The notes: generated from the letters alone by a model not told the origin. Shown: positions 25,557-38,700, counted from the whole stretch's first letter. The stretch: DNA of 63,722 nt, filler included, from Pirum gemmata (GCA_002812295.1; 15 parts of 15 records of this genome joined end to end with filler, not necessarily neighbours in it), one strand, 5' to 3'. A program made the numbers and translations.

Positions 25557-27444
25557 GTTTTATGTAGAGAGTCCTATTTACCTTTGTCGAAAAGGTAACT
25601 TTGAAGAAAGCAAAACTGTTCTTNNNNNNNNNNNNNNNNNNNNNNNNNNNNNNNNNNNNNNNNNNNNTTAATTAATTAANNNNNNNNNNNNNNNNNNNNN
25701 NNNNNNNNNNNNNNNNNNNNNNNTTGGTAAGATGACGTCATCTCATCCCTCCTAAAATGATGCTATCATTGCTATGACAGAATTGAAAACTCTCTCCCAA
25801 TTCTGCCCGAACCCGAAAACTCGAATTTCTGATGTCGAAAAAAAAAGTCGAAATTCAGCCCTGTTCGAAAATTATTTTTTTTTCCAATTTTTCGGGTTTA
25901 TAAATAAATAAATAATAACAGTGACTATTTTCAACTATTTTCAACCAAATCATTTCAACTGATTCGACCCTGCAGACAAAGTGCGCGATTCCGGACTGAT
26001 TTCGATCGAATTTCAAATGATCTCGATCGAGCCACCAAAACCAAAAACCAAAAAAGGTAAAGTGATTGGAAAAAGACTACCCTTCTAATATATTACTATA
26101 TGTGTTATTTTTGAATTTTTGAAAAAAAAAAAAAAAAAATGTTCCGAGTCTGTTCATTACTTAGACTAATTAAAAAAATTTTATTATTATTTTCATTTGT
26201 TTTAGTTTTGTTTTCATTTTCCAAGACTTTTGAAAGTATAAATTCCTTATTTTCATTTGTTTTTATAATGATTATAATTATCGTTATTTTATTATCATTA
26301 TTATAAAAATTAGAGATAATAAATATATCGATATATTATTAATATAATATATTCTATATTATATATTTTTTTTTTATTGTTTACAAATATCATAGTTTTT
26401 TTTTTTGTTAAAAAACGATGTACTTGATGCTAATATTAACGGTGTACTGTATGTATATTATATAGGGTTAGGCTAACCCTAACCCTACCCCTAACTCTAA
26501 CCCTTAACCCTAGCCCTGGCCCCTAACCTTAACCCTGACCCCTAACCTTAACTATTAGCTAGTAAATTACTCAACCCTAACCCTAACCCAATAATAATAT
26601 ATTAATAAAAATTAATATTTTTTTTTTTATAACAATAATAATTAATTATATTATAATTAATATATATATATACCATGTCATATATATATATATTGTATTA
26701 TATTTTAAAAAGAAGCTCATTATCAAAATAATGAATTAATTAATATATTCTTTTAGGTCTGGGAATTAGCTTACAGAATGTTTTAAGGTGTTTTTAGTTG
26801 AATTGTTAGGGTTAGCGCAAGTGTTATAAAATAAGTTTTACGATTCTAGCTATAGCTAGGGTTATAATTAGTTAGAGCTAGACGCTGTAGTAGCTAGAGT
26901 CAGCTCTTATTATGGAGGATGTCGTCAATTTTATCCAGCTTTTTTTTAAAAAAAAAGAGTAAGTTAAAAAAAGCAGTATTAAATTTTGGAGTGTTTGGAT
27001 TTTTGGAATAAACTCTAATTAATATTTAAATTAATATAATAATTATATTATAAATATAGTGTAATAAACAAGAAATATTCTTGGAAGAAGCAGAAGAAGA
27101 ACAACAACAATCCCAACAAGGAAGTGGAGGCTGGTTTTCCCAGTTTTTCAACAATTATATAATTAGCAAAATTTTAATAAACAATTACAATATAATATAA
27201 TATTATGTATCTAATATGTAAGTACTTGTAAGCCAAAAAAAAGACTTAGTCCGAAAAAAGTATTGCCAAGTTTCTCTGCCATTTCGTGTAAGGGACGGGA
27301 CCATTTTGAAAAAGTCATTTTGGATATAAAATGAACCCTTAGTAATAGTACCATCTAATTTTAAAAAATAACGCCATCTATTATCTATAACGTCATAATA
27401 TCTGTAGTATATACTACTGTATACTATAATATTTTTTTTTTTTT

Positions 27445-27750
27445 TTAACTAGTCTATCACACCAAGCGGGATAAAAATGGCGACATCTGCCGTATGAGCT
27501 AAAAAATCCAAAAAAATAATGTCAAAATGATCCAACTTTTCTGAAAGTATTGAGTATTAAAGTAGTACTAAGTAGTAAGTACTACCAAATTTTGAGAAAT
27601 CGTCTGACTAAGAAAAACTTTATTATGAACCAATGGCTAGTTTTTAAAAATAATTTGGCTAATTAGTATTAAAGTTTTTAGAAAAGAAGTCTAAAAAAAA
27701 AAAGATTTCTAATCTACAGTTTTATCTGGCTTGGCTGTTAAAAAAAAATA
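27445..27750. mobile_element. MITE family C (TIR core CCAAGCCGGATAAAA...TTTTATCCGGCTTGG)
   Basis: Near-full copies at ~34245-34510, ~40970-41200 and inverted at ~48410-48690; end fragments at ~26915-26945 and ~41730-41760. Confidence 0.8.
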
Positions 27751-28170
27751 TATTGATTAATACCAAACATCTTTTTCAGAAATCCATAAATAAAATTTAT
27801 TAAAATGTTTTTCTAGAAATGTTTTTTACACTTTTTTATATAATAATATTATACCAATCCAAGATAAAGATCAGGATTGGGCCAGGGTTAGGGTTAGGGA
27901 CCTTAGGATTAGGGTTAGGGTTAGGGTTAGGGTTAGGGTTAGGGTTATATTAATTAGGGTTAGGGTTAGGGTTAGGGTTATATTTTAATTAGGGTTAGGG
28001 TTAGGATTAGGGTTGGGGTTGGGGTATCGGGCCAGGTTTTTTCTTTCATTATTAATATAATATTGTATATTGAATTCGAACCTGTTTTTATTAACCCGCC
28101 CTCCTAACCCATGTGTAATTACAGATACATATTAATATACACATTAGATGAGTAAAGACAACCGGAGTCG

Positions 28171-29762
28171 TGTCCCATCATTTTACTTAATGATGTTATA
28201 TCGAAAAAAGAGAAATATATGTATTTTTGTGTTTTATGAATTAAATTTTATACTTTTTATTTACAACATTTTAGACTTTTAGACTTTTATAAATTTATGC
28301 TCTTCTTTTCATACACACATAAGCTTTACACTCCGCTTATATACCTTTGTGAAAACTAACTATTACATAATCCACAATTTTCTGGAACATTCTAAATAAT
28401 CATTTACAAATACAAATTATTATTAATTAATTACATAATCAATTTGTATAATACCAAACAATAAAATCATACACTTAAAAACTTAATTCAATCNAAATAA
28501 TAGTTTCGAGAAGAAATGTATATTCAATCGACCAATCATCAGCCCATTGAGATTTCACCACAATACACCCCCATTCACTAAACTATTCATTTTACCTTAC
28601 CAACCTTTTAACTTATTTCACAGTATTATGCTATTGACACGCTCTAATATTATGCTCACTTGTAACCTTTCTCTAAATTCACAGTCATTACTTCGCAGCA
28701 ATTTCCCAATTGACCTACTTACTTTAATTAACACATACCTTTTACCACTATATCAAATCACTCATAAATCCAACTTAGTAACAATTAATGCACGACATAA
28801 TTATTATAACTACTAATATCAATTTTGAATCTCATACCAGTTATTACACACTAATTGATTCATATATTCAACCCATGACATCACACTATTTTCCGCTCAT
28901 ATTTTACCAATGTCCTTCACTATTGGTCTCACATCAATATAGCACTAAACACAAGTGTATCAGCACTATTACCACTCCTTTAGTCTAAACACAAGTGTAT
29001 CAGCACTATTACCACTCCTTTAGTCTCCAGAAGCTCAATTTACAATGTTCACCTAATTGTCTTTTATTGCCATTTACTACTAAATTCTTTATAAACCTAG
29101 CTTTCCACAATTTTCCTCACCTATTCACTCACGAATTCGGTCTTCACAATTATTGCTATGCATGATGTCGATATTGTTATATTACACCCCATTAATTTTA
29201 TAATCTAACCTTGACTTTTCACTCTTTTGCCATTACCAGAACTAAATAATATCACAACAATATTCATATCTTAATTAAGCAATTTGCATGTTACTATTAT
29301 ACAAGAAATTTTTTCACAAACTATTGAATTTTGGCCACTATTGCACCTCTCCAGTTACTTTGTTCTCTTTCGATAAGCTTATACACTAGTTCTTCACAAC
29401 CTTATTGCTTTCCTTCTAATCATGAGCCATATAACTTCATATGCTTAAACCACATTCATTACCGTCATTATCTCACCATAATGATCTCTTAACACTATAT
29501 AGAACTAAATTCTATCTCAAACCACATAACTAAGCATTATAACGCCTCATATAAGCCAGCTACGTCCTATGGAGCCCTCCAGTCTACCTCATGCTGTTTT
29601 GTATAGCATAATATAACCAACAACAAATGCTTTCGTCATCCTCTTGATATTCTCACATTTGTTTTCATTCACATCCTACTTATTTGTACATAGTCACTTT
29701 CTCTTTGCCCAGCTGCTCCACCAATTTGTCCCATCATTTTACTTAATGATATTATATCGAAA
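28171..29762 (-). mobile_element. Non-autonomous LTR retroelement (5' LTR runs into the gap)
   Basis: 36-bp direct repeat TGTCCCATCATTTTACTTAATGAT(G/A)TTATATCGAAA at 28171 and 29727; on the minus strand the LTR ends ...GGGACA and is followed after 3 nt by PBS-like TGGTGGAGCAGCTGGG; candidate PPT/LTR junction GAATGGGGG|TGT at ~28567; no gag/pol ORF seen. Confidence 0.7.
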
Positions 29763-29996
29763 NNNNNNNNNNNNNNNNNNNNNNNNNNNNNNNNNNNNNN
29801 NNNNNNTTAATTAATTAANNNNNNNNNNNNNNNNNNNNNNNNNNNNNNNNNNNNNNNNNNNNGATGACTGGAATCTTTTCCTATTCCAATAGCACATAAG
29901 TACATAGATTGGAAGAAATATATAACTAAGCGGTTAATATATTTAACATATATATATATATATATATAATTTTGTGTATTTTGGTTTATTGGCTTT

Positions 29997-30298
29997 CCAA
30001 GAGGCCTAAAGTAAAAAGCTAATGCGTATGACGTCACCATAATAAAAATATTTTTATTTTTGTTAGATGATAAGTAAAGGTCTAGGTGAGAGCAGCCCTC
30101 TCCTTTTTTTTTTTTTTTGGACTTGTTAGACTAATTTATTTAAGAGGTCCAAAGTAAGAGGGCAATGTGTATACCGTCACCATAATAAATATCACTATTA
30201 AATATCTCGCTGCCTCTCGCCTCTACCATTCGTATCATCTGACAAAATTTTATTATGACGACGTCATACGTATTAGCTTCTTACTTTAGACCTCTTGG
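29997..30298. mobile_element. MITE family F with ~50-bp TIRs (CCAAGAGGYCTAAAGTAARAAGCTAAT...GACGTC)
   Basis: Left and right ends are near-perfect reverse complements over ~50 bp; second copy at ~14030-14224 and a related end at ~30650-30698. Confidence 0.8.
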
Positions 30299-31660
30299 TT
30301 TTACTTAAAATCGTGAATTTCCTTTTTTTTTTTTTTTTTTTTGGTTTTTTTTTTTTTTTTTTTTTGTAATTTTCTTTTTTAAATTTTGTATTTTTTAATA
30401 TAAACAAATAAATATTAAAAAATTTCCATTTAACTAAAAATAATACTAATGTTTGTAAGTTCAATCATAGGTACTAGCACGATGGCGTTACAATAATTTA
30501 TTTTTATTTTTATTTTTTGCTAACCTCATTTCTCATTTCCCCTACCTAACCCCCCTCCGTGCTAGCTAGCCCTATACTTTATTTAGTATGGAAGAGGGTG
30601 TTCTCATTTCCTCTACCTATAGTAACCTATGCCAAGGTTAGAAAAATATATATATTATTGTGACGTCATCCTGCTAGCCCTATACTTTAGTCCCTATGGT
30701 TCAATTTAGTTTTTTTAAAGACAATTCCATTGAAAATTATGATATATTAATATGTTGATTAAATTAAGCTATTAATTTGTTTCGTTTATTTATTCGTTTG
30801 TTTGTTTGTTTGTTTGTTTGTTTGTTTGTTTGTTTGTTTGTTTGTTTGTTTGTTTGTTTGTTTGTTTGTTTGTTTGTTTTGGTGGTTGATTGTTTGTTTT
30901 GGTGATTGAGTGTTTTATTATTATTATTATTATTTGCGATCCTGCATCCACATAAACTTTACTCTAGCATATTTTCATTTATTTTTATCGAGACTGTTAA
31001 CACTGATAGAGATACTCATATCGCTACCACTACTATTCCTACTACCACTCCTACTACTATTCCTACTACTATTACTACTACTATTACTACTGCTATTACT
31101 ACTACTATTACTACTACTACTATTACTACTACTATTACTACTACTATTACTACTATTACTACTATTACTATTACTACTATTACCACTATTACTACCACTA
31201 TTATTACTACTATTACTGCTATTATTACTATTTCTACTGTCAAATGTCTAATTTTCCTTGGTATATATATTATTCTTAGAAACACAACGAAACGTACAGT
31301 TCTTGTTGGGTGCAGTTAATGCTAATACTGGTTACAGTTATCTTTTTTGCAATGATATTTTTTATTAAACTGATACCCAAGCCCTAACTTTAGTTTAACC
31401 AGCGGTACATTGTATAAAGCCTACAAACGGATAATAAGTCAATTCCATATGTAGTTTTATACTATCTCAATATCACGTGCTGGTCACGTGTTGAAGCTTA
31501 CTTGATACATTTCAAAAACAATGTAAATATACGTTTTCGATATAAGCAAAGATGATACGAGTTGTTGCATTAACAATTATTGCAAGTCTTTTGTGTACAT
31601 TGTTTTAATTTTTTTAAAAAAAATATTGATATTTTCGTAAAAAAATTATTAAAATAAACC

Positions 31661-32662
31661 ATGACAACAATAAATTCTTTTTTTGAAGACAGAAACGAGT
31701 TGGCTACAACGTTTTACAACTCCTTTAAAAATTTCTTTGCTGTAATATTAGCAGAACATCAATTGGAAGATTACTATGATGACGATTTTGAAGAAAAAGA
31801 AAATCAATTAACTAATGAACTATTCCAACATTTTAATTTTGAAAATGGTAAAGATTTACAAGAGTACGTGTTACCACTTTTAAATAGAAAAAGATTTTCG
31901 AAACGATTCATAAAACTATTAGGCACATTTAAAATAAACTTATATTATTCTCCCTACTAATCTTGTCACTATAAAAAAAATAAACCAACTAGTCAATTAA
32001 AAAATCAGTTTCAACATTACGGGAGTTGCTCTGGAGAAAATCTAATGACTTTTAATGAATTAGGTATTTTCTGGAAAGAAAATGAAATAATAACCTTAGG
32101 TTTATGGGACGGTTGTTTGTTTTTAGCCGAAGCCCTGTTAATTTGTGATGGTAATGAATTCGGAAAAATAAATCGTGCTTTTAACATTGTAGATAATGAT
32201 GGGTTATTACCACAAATAACCTACGACAAAGCCATGTACTTTATGTTAGAGAAAAACATAGCTTTTCCTAATACTTTGTACTTGCCCAATAAAGGAATTG
32301 AAAAATTGCATCATATTTTTTCGAAATTTCCTAACGTTTGCAAAATCATACCCTTATCCATAACCCCCTTCGACTACAAGCTTAATAACATCAACACTTT
32401 TGAACACAAGTTTAAATTTGAATACTCGGAATTCACAGTAGTACATTTAAATCAACCAATGAACGATTTAATACAAAAAATAAAAAATTGCCAAAAATCG
32501 TTGGTCGTGATAAATGTGGGGATTCATAATATGTTTATGAATCACAATCTTTCAGTAGTATGTGATCATAAACATAAAACTTTAAAATATTATGATGGAT
32601 CCACAACTTCGTACTTTAACGACATCGAAAATGACTACCAAGAACCAGAAGAACATTTGTAA
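31661..32662 (+). CDS. Two-exon hypothetical protein (31661-31863 + 31993-32662), possibly a degenerate Ulp1/C48-like protease
   Basis: A 129-nt intron (GTACGT donor at 31864, TACTAAT branch-like motif, CTAG acceptor at 31992) joins the two ORFs in frame and removes the stop; VVINV...NHNLSVVCDHKHKTLKYYDGS weakly resembles the Ulp1 His/Asp segment. Confidence 0.55.
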
Positions 32663-33011
32663 TTACAAATTTTGACCTCTTCTTCTTTACCCATCTAAGT
32701 CAGCTGACTTCAGCTGCTGGATTACGAGTTTATGAATATAGAAAAAACATGCTTGGTTTCCTTGCAAAAGTTAGAAAACGATTTCGAGAACAGTTTTAAA
32801 AATACAAAATAAAAAATACTTTTCAGTAAGAAAACTCGATAGTAACGCCAAAAACTCGGGCACTACACAGTTTATAGGTTTTTGTGTTTTTTTGTCGGCT
32901 TTAATCTTAATTGCTCGTATTTACAATTTACATTTACATCCCTCTTTAATAACACAAAAATTATATGATTATTCAAAAAATAGTAGTATTTTTGGGAAAG
33001 TTGTTAAATAA

Positions 33012-33757
33012 AGTTTTTTGAATTTAATCAAATTTAAAATAAACAATGTTAAATTATATTTGGATTGAAATTTGTATATAACACCAGGTCCAATAACACC
33101 ACCAGGATCGAGTTCTGTAAGTTTAATACCTGTAACATCATCAGGACAACCAAATACATGCATAGCGATTACAGGATTGGTCTATAAACAAAAAACAAGT
33201 GAATGAAAAGTATTTGGATCTGTATTTGGCCCATATACATGTTACACTGGTCCGGACGTGGATGTTATTGGAGAGATTGTGAACTATGACCCGAACCAAA
33301 ATGGTTGTTTGAGTTACGACATAGAGAAACTGACACCAGGAAGCAGTAACGTGACTATAACTACTGTTGGTGAAACCAATTATTTGAGTTACGACATAGA
33401 GAAACTGACACCAGGAAGCAGTAACGTGATTATAACTACTGTTGGTGAAACCAATTCGAACTTTCCAAATGTATTTAAAAATATATTAATGAACTACTCT
33501 TGGGTGATCAAAAGTACCAAAAGCCCTTCTGACATTACCTTTGCCAAACAAACCATTGACTCTATTGACTTTTCCACAACAATGGATGCTTCGCGAACTA
33601 GTGTCCGATGCAAAACTCGCTTTCTAGAGGAACTGGTGGGATGAGTGGAGATTCTATGTTGCCATTTCTCTTCCATTACCCTAGATATTGTTCCACCAAC
33701 AGATCCGACTTTTGGAACAGTTAAGTTGTTAACGAAAATCCGGGATTTCAAGTTTGA

Positions 33758-33760
<3 letters not shown>
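33012..33760 (+). pseudogene. Beta-rich coding remnant with three in-frame TGA codons and a 75-bp internal duplication
   Basis: One frame from 33012 to ~33760 is interrupted only by TGA at 33066, 33204 and 33642; LSYDIEKLTPGSSNV.ITTVGETN occurs twice. Confidence 0.5.
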
Positions 33761-33810
<50 letters not shown>

Positions 33811-34629
33811 ATTTCTTTTACCCTCTAAACCTATCTCTAACCTTAACTCTAATTCTAACTCTAACGAACTACTATTAAAAGTTGACTGCTTTTTATTATT
33901 ATTATTATAATAATAATAATAATTAANNNNNNNNNNNNNNNNNNNNNNNNNNNNNNNNNNNNNNNNNNNNTTAATTAATTAANNNNNNNNNNNNNNNNNN
34001 NNNNNNNNNNNNNNNNNNNNNNNNNNGGGCAGATACTGTTATGTATAAGTTGCGTCCACCATAAAATAAGTAAAAAAAGGAGAAATAATTATTACAAATA
34101 TTATCGTACACTTCCTTTTTCTTTTTTATTATCACAATGGTATCTATAATATCATATATCCATGATATCATACAAAATAAAAAATAAAATAAAAATGACG
34201 AAATTCTCCGATAATGTAGGTGGATTTTTTTTTTTAAAATAATTTTAACTATACCAAGCGGAATAAAAATGGTGACATCCGCCATATGAGCGCCATATGA
34301 GCTCAAAATCCAAAAAATATCAAAAGGAACCAATTTCAATAAAAGTAATACCAAATTTTGAGAAATATTTTAAGTAAAAAAACTCTATTGCGAACCAATG
34401 GCTAATTTTGAAAAATAATTTGGCTAGTTAATTAAAATTAAAGGTTTTTAGAAAAGAAGTCTTATAAAAATGATTTCTACAGTTTTATCCGGCTTGGCTG
34501 TTAAAAAAAAATAAAATAAAAAATAATAAAATAAAAATAATAATAATAATAAAATACTAATAAAATGGATCTGGAGGAAATGGACTGCAAATGGATGGCT
34601 TACAATATTATATATATTTGATAATAACC

Positions 34630-34663
<34 letters not shown>

Positions 34664-35214
34664 CCATGACCATAACCATAATAATAACCATACCATAAAC
34701 CTATTTAATTAAATAATAATATAGTATCATATAATATTATATATTAATAAATATCGTAATAATCATAATAAAATTAATGATAATATATAATAATAGTAAT
34801 TAATAATTGCAATAACCATAACCACAGCCATAACCATAACCATAACCATAACCATAACCATAACCATAACCATAGCCATAGCCATAGCCATAGCCATAAT
34901 AATATAATATATATTATAATAATAACCGAAATAATATTATTAATAACAATAACAACAACAATAATAATAACGTTAATTAACAGTCGTTAACCATGAACAT
35001 AATGTATATAAACATAACTATAAACTACTATAACAATAACCATAATTATAATTTATAAATACAAACATAAATATAAAAATATCGATATAAATCTAAATAT
35101 TAATTTTACTAAAATATAAATATAAATGATCAAAAATGTAAATTTTAATTAATATAAATAATTATAAACAGCATGATTATTACTTAAAATCAAGTAGTTG
35201 ATTTACATAGTTAG

Positions 35215-35700
35215 GGATTTTGTGATGGCTTTTATATCGTTTCTCCCCAATACTTTAAGCTTATATGGTGTGTAGCCTTCTTATATATATATTATTGTAT
35301 AGTCCATACCTTCATGATAGTAGTACTATAAAATTGAATTAAGAATTTGTACAACACTTTCCAAACAAAATCTTTTTTAATTAAACCTTCAAATGTTTAG
35401 CTACAATTTTTACGAGCGTAACGTTTGGCCGTACCCCACGTTCTTTCGATGAAATTTAGGTAAATTACAAATTTTATAAATGACCATATTGAGGAAAGAA
35501 TTCTTCAGTGATACTTTTTTCTTTAGTGATACTTTTTTGCTCTTGAAATCATCTTGACCTTCCAGCTGCAGTAAATATCTAGCTCAGCATTTGTTCTCAA
35601 CAAACTGATTTCTGATAACTTTTTCCTTACACTCAAGAGCCCCACAAACCTCTTTCTTGTAAAATACCCTTGTTTCCCTCTATAGCTAAACCAAGGATCT
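35215..35700 (-). pseudogene. Decayed IS630/Tc1/mariner-superfamily DDE transposase (C-terminal part)
   Basis: Manual translation across frameshifts gives KGILQERGLW, KC*ARYLL..EGQDDFKSKK, GH, LPKFH, LNFIERTWGTAKRYARKNCS*TFEGL and RYKSHH; possible terminus with subterminal GTRCGTTTT repeats at ~36170-36290. Confidence 0.85.
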
Positions 35701-36897
35701 AAATAAATACATTTTTTGCACCTTTCGTTTTACGTATACTTGAAACCCACCTCTATATGTCTTCTCTGATTCTATTGCTCTGGTTGTTTAATTCATAATA
35801 CCAATCATTGGATCAACAGGAGATTTAGGAGGTAACAATTCCATAGTATAATGATCATTCATAGTTGAGCTTATTTCCATCGCAATGTCATTATTGATAG
35901 CAGAGAACACACTCGTTCCTCTCTTCTTCTAATAACTTTCTTCTTTCTTTTATATACCGGTACCATTCCAACTATTTTACCCTTTAACCGTTTTCTGAGA
36001 GCATCCCTCTTGGCTCTTTATTGATAAATAAATTCATACTATTAAAAAGTAATCTTCCTTATTGTTGCGCTTATATTATAACTCACAAGTTCACTTTGAT
36101 AAAGGTTGCGACACAGGAAAAAATAAATTGAAAAAATAGAAATTAGCCGAAAAATTAGCGAAGAAATTAGATGTGCGTTTTTTGACAGGTGGGTGTGCGT
36201 TTTCAATACCCAGAAGACCGAAATAATACAGGTGTATGAGTTTGTAGATGTACGTTTTTCCTACCATAGTACGTTTTTCAGTATCCTGATATATATAATA
36301 TTATATTACATCATTTCATTTTTAATTAAGAAGACTTAGTGGTGATCAGTTATAGCGTTGCCAACGTTAGCCAGTTTGGTTTTGTTAATAAATAAAATTT
36401 AATCCATTCCTGAACAATTAATTTTCAATAACTTGTTACAATTAGAATCCCCAAGGATGAAATCTTCCCTAAATAGCTCCTAAATAATGTATTCAGGTTT
36501 TTAAAAGTAAGATTAAATATTATCTACAAGTTCGGTTTTTAAATATGTTTCCTTCATAATTATTCCAAATCGGCTTTATCATTATCTGCTGTTATAAAAA
36601 AATATTTTGTATTATTTATAATTGTATTAGCGGTAATGTAAAAGTATACAATTCACAAGACCATTAGGTGTCAAAATAATAACAGCATTGAATAACAGCA
36701 TTGGTAGTCATGTTTATATAATATATACCAGTATTATTGTAATATATTATATAATCAGAAAAAAAAAACAATAAAATAATACCAAGAATTATTTTCTTTT
36801 TATTCTTGTTTTTATTTTTTTTAAAGACATATTATAAATAAAAATAAAATTAAATTAAATGAAATAAAATAAATATTTTAATAATAATAATGATCTT

Positions 36898-37710
36898 TTA
36901 CGCTTTGCCAATAACTACTTCACTTTTACTTCCTAATTTACCTCCACTTGGTAGTACTAGAGCAAAAACACCAGCTGTTCCTATTGTTGCAAACCAAGCA
37001 CTGATGTATCCGTTTCCCATTTGCGTGTAAGGGTCAATAAATGTTGTTACCCCTAAGCCCACTAACCACCATATTAAGTTCAAACCAGCAATAAAGACTC
37101 CAATTTTCATAAAGATATCTTTAGTTAAAATACACAGAGCAAGTAATAATAAGTTGAAAAACAAACCAATAGCCCCTACTGCCACTGCGTAGTCAATTAG
37201 ATTTGCGCTACAGTCTCTTTCGCCACAATCAGTTGCAGCTTGTGTTAAATAAAAACATGATCCTACAATAGCAACTCCAAAAGTAGCAAAAGTTCTTCCT
37301 TTAGCTTTATCCAACGCACCAAAACCAGCATTAGATACACTAGCAGCGAAGTAATAAGCACTGATAATCAAAGCAAACCAAGCGGAAAAATATCCATTTG
37401 CGTGTCCTGAACCTTTGAAAGGATGCCGGAAAGTACCAACGCCTGTGCCTGCACACCAAAAAACAAACCAAAAGAAAGAATTGACTAAATGAAATTTAGG
37501 AGGGAAAGCATCTTTGAAGAGCTCAAACACTACACACAAAATCATGCAAAAACTAGAGATTACACCACAACACAGGGCGTATATTGTTTCCGCAGAAGGT
37601 TCGCGATTATTGTCTGCTCCGTTTTCTTGATCCAGTATAACCGAGGCAGCAATCATGTAAAATAAAGAAGCTACTAATAACATACCGGTGATGTCGACTG
37701 ACCCTTGCAT
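36898..37710 (-). CDS. 8-TM protein made of two MARVEL-like 4-TM repeats
   Basis: Internal duplication: YALCCGVIS...WCAGTGVGTF..PF...NGYFSAWFA versus YAVAVGAIG...WLVGLGVTTF..PY...NGYISAWFA; clean ATG and TAA. Confidence 0.85.
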   Translation of the reverse strand: MQGSVDITGMLLVASLFYMIAASVILDQENGADNNREPSAETIYALCCGVISSFCMILCVVFELFKDAFPPKFHLVNSFFWFVFWCAGTGVGTFRHPFKGSGHANGYFSAWFALIISAYYFAASVSNAGFGALDKAKGRTFATFGVAIVGSCFYLTQAATDCGERDCSANLIDYAVAVGAIGLFFNLLLLALCILTKDIFMKIGVFIAGLNLIWWLVGLGVTTFIDPYTQMGNGYISAWFATIGTAGVFALVLPSGGKLGSKSEVVIGKA

Positions 37711-38153
37711 TTTTATTAATTAATTAAAATAAAGAAAGAAAGAAAGGAAAAGGAAAAGAAAATTATTTCTTTTTTTTTTTTAGAATTGTTTCACTATTTT
37801 TTCTTTTTTACTTATTATTTTTTTTTTTTTACTCTAGTTTTTTAGTTTTTATACCTGTTCCTGTAGCTATCTGATACAAAATCATACATTAAAAAATTAA
37901 TTTTATTATGATATGAGCGGAATAATTGTTTGTAAAAATATCAAGATGATACTTTTTTTACAAAAAGCCTTGGTCTACACAATGTCATAATATTATATTG
38001 AAATCTAAAGCGTTTTTTTTTTTTTTTCATTTTTTTGCATTTTTTTTTTATTTNNNNNNNNNNNNNNNNNNNNNNNNNNNNNNNNNNNNNNNNNNNNTTA
38101 ATTAATTAANNNNNNNNNNNNNNNNNNNNNNNNNNNNNNNNNNNNNNNNNNNN

Positions 38154-38700
38154 AAATATAAAAATCATTTTAGAAAGAATGGGTTAGGAACTTAGGAATG
38201 GCAGTAATTTAGCCAACATTTTGAAGTCCTTGTTATAACATAATTATATATTATAAAAATAACTAGTAGATAAAAATAAATTATTAATTTAATTAATGTT
38301 ATTATAGACTATTATGGTATATTTTATATAGATAGTATCCATTCGATATATGATAGATCATGATAATATTATCGATAGTATAAAAATATAAAAATCATTT
38401 TAGAAAGAATGGGTTAGGAACTTAGGAATGGCAGTAATTTAGCCAACATTTTGAAGTCCTTGTTATAACATAATTATATATTATAAAAATAACTAGTAGA
38501 TAAAAATAAATTATTAATTTAATTAATGTTATTATAGACTATTATGGTATATTTTATATAGATAGTATCCATTCGATATATGATAGATCATGATAATATN
38601 AGATCATGATAATATTATCGATAGTATAAAAATATAAAAATCATTTTAGAAAGAATGGGTTAGGAACTTAGGAATGGCAGTAATTTAGCCAACATTTGAA
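38154..38700. repeat. ~230-bp exact tandem duplication beside a gap
   Basis: 38154-38383 is repeated immediately and again partly after a single N. Confidence 0.8.

Noticed and set aside
22514..25671. Five separate small genes as listed in the ORF track
   Set aside because: They are exons of one gene with canonical splice sites; their starts are non-ATG or intronic.
31958..31960. Stop readthrough between the two in-frame ORFs
   Set aside because: Explained by a canonical 129-nt intron.
38154..38700. 230-bp tandem array as a satellite or CRISPR
   Set aside because: Exact copies beside a gap and a lone N, with no spacers; likely an assembly artefact. Similar short exact duplications at ~48748-48942 and ~57168-57231 are uninformative.
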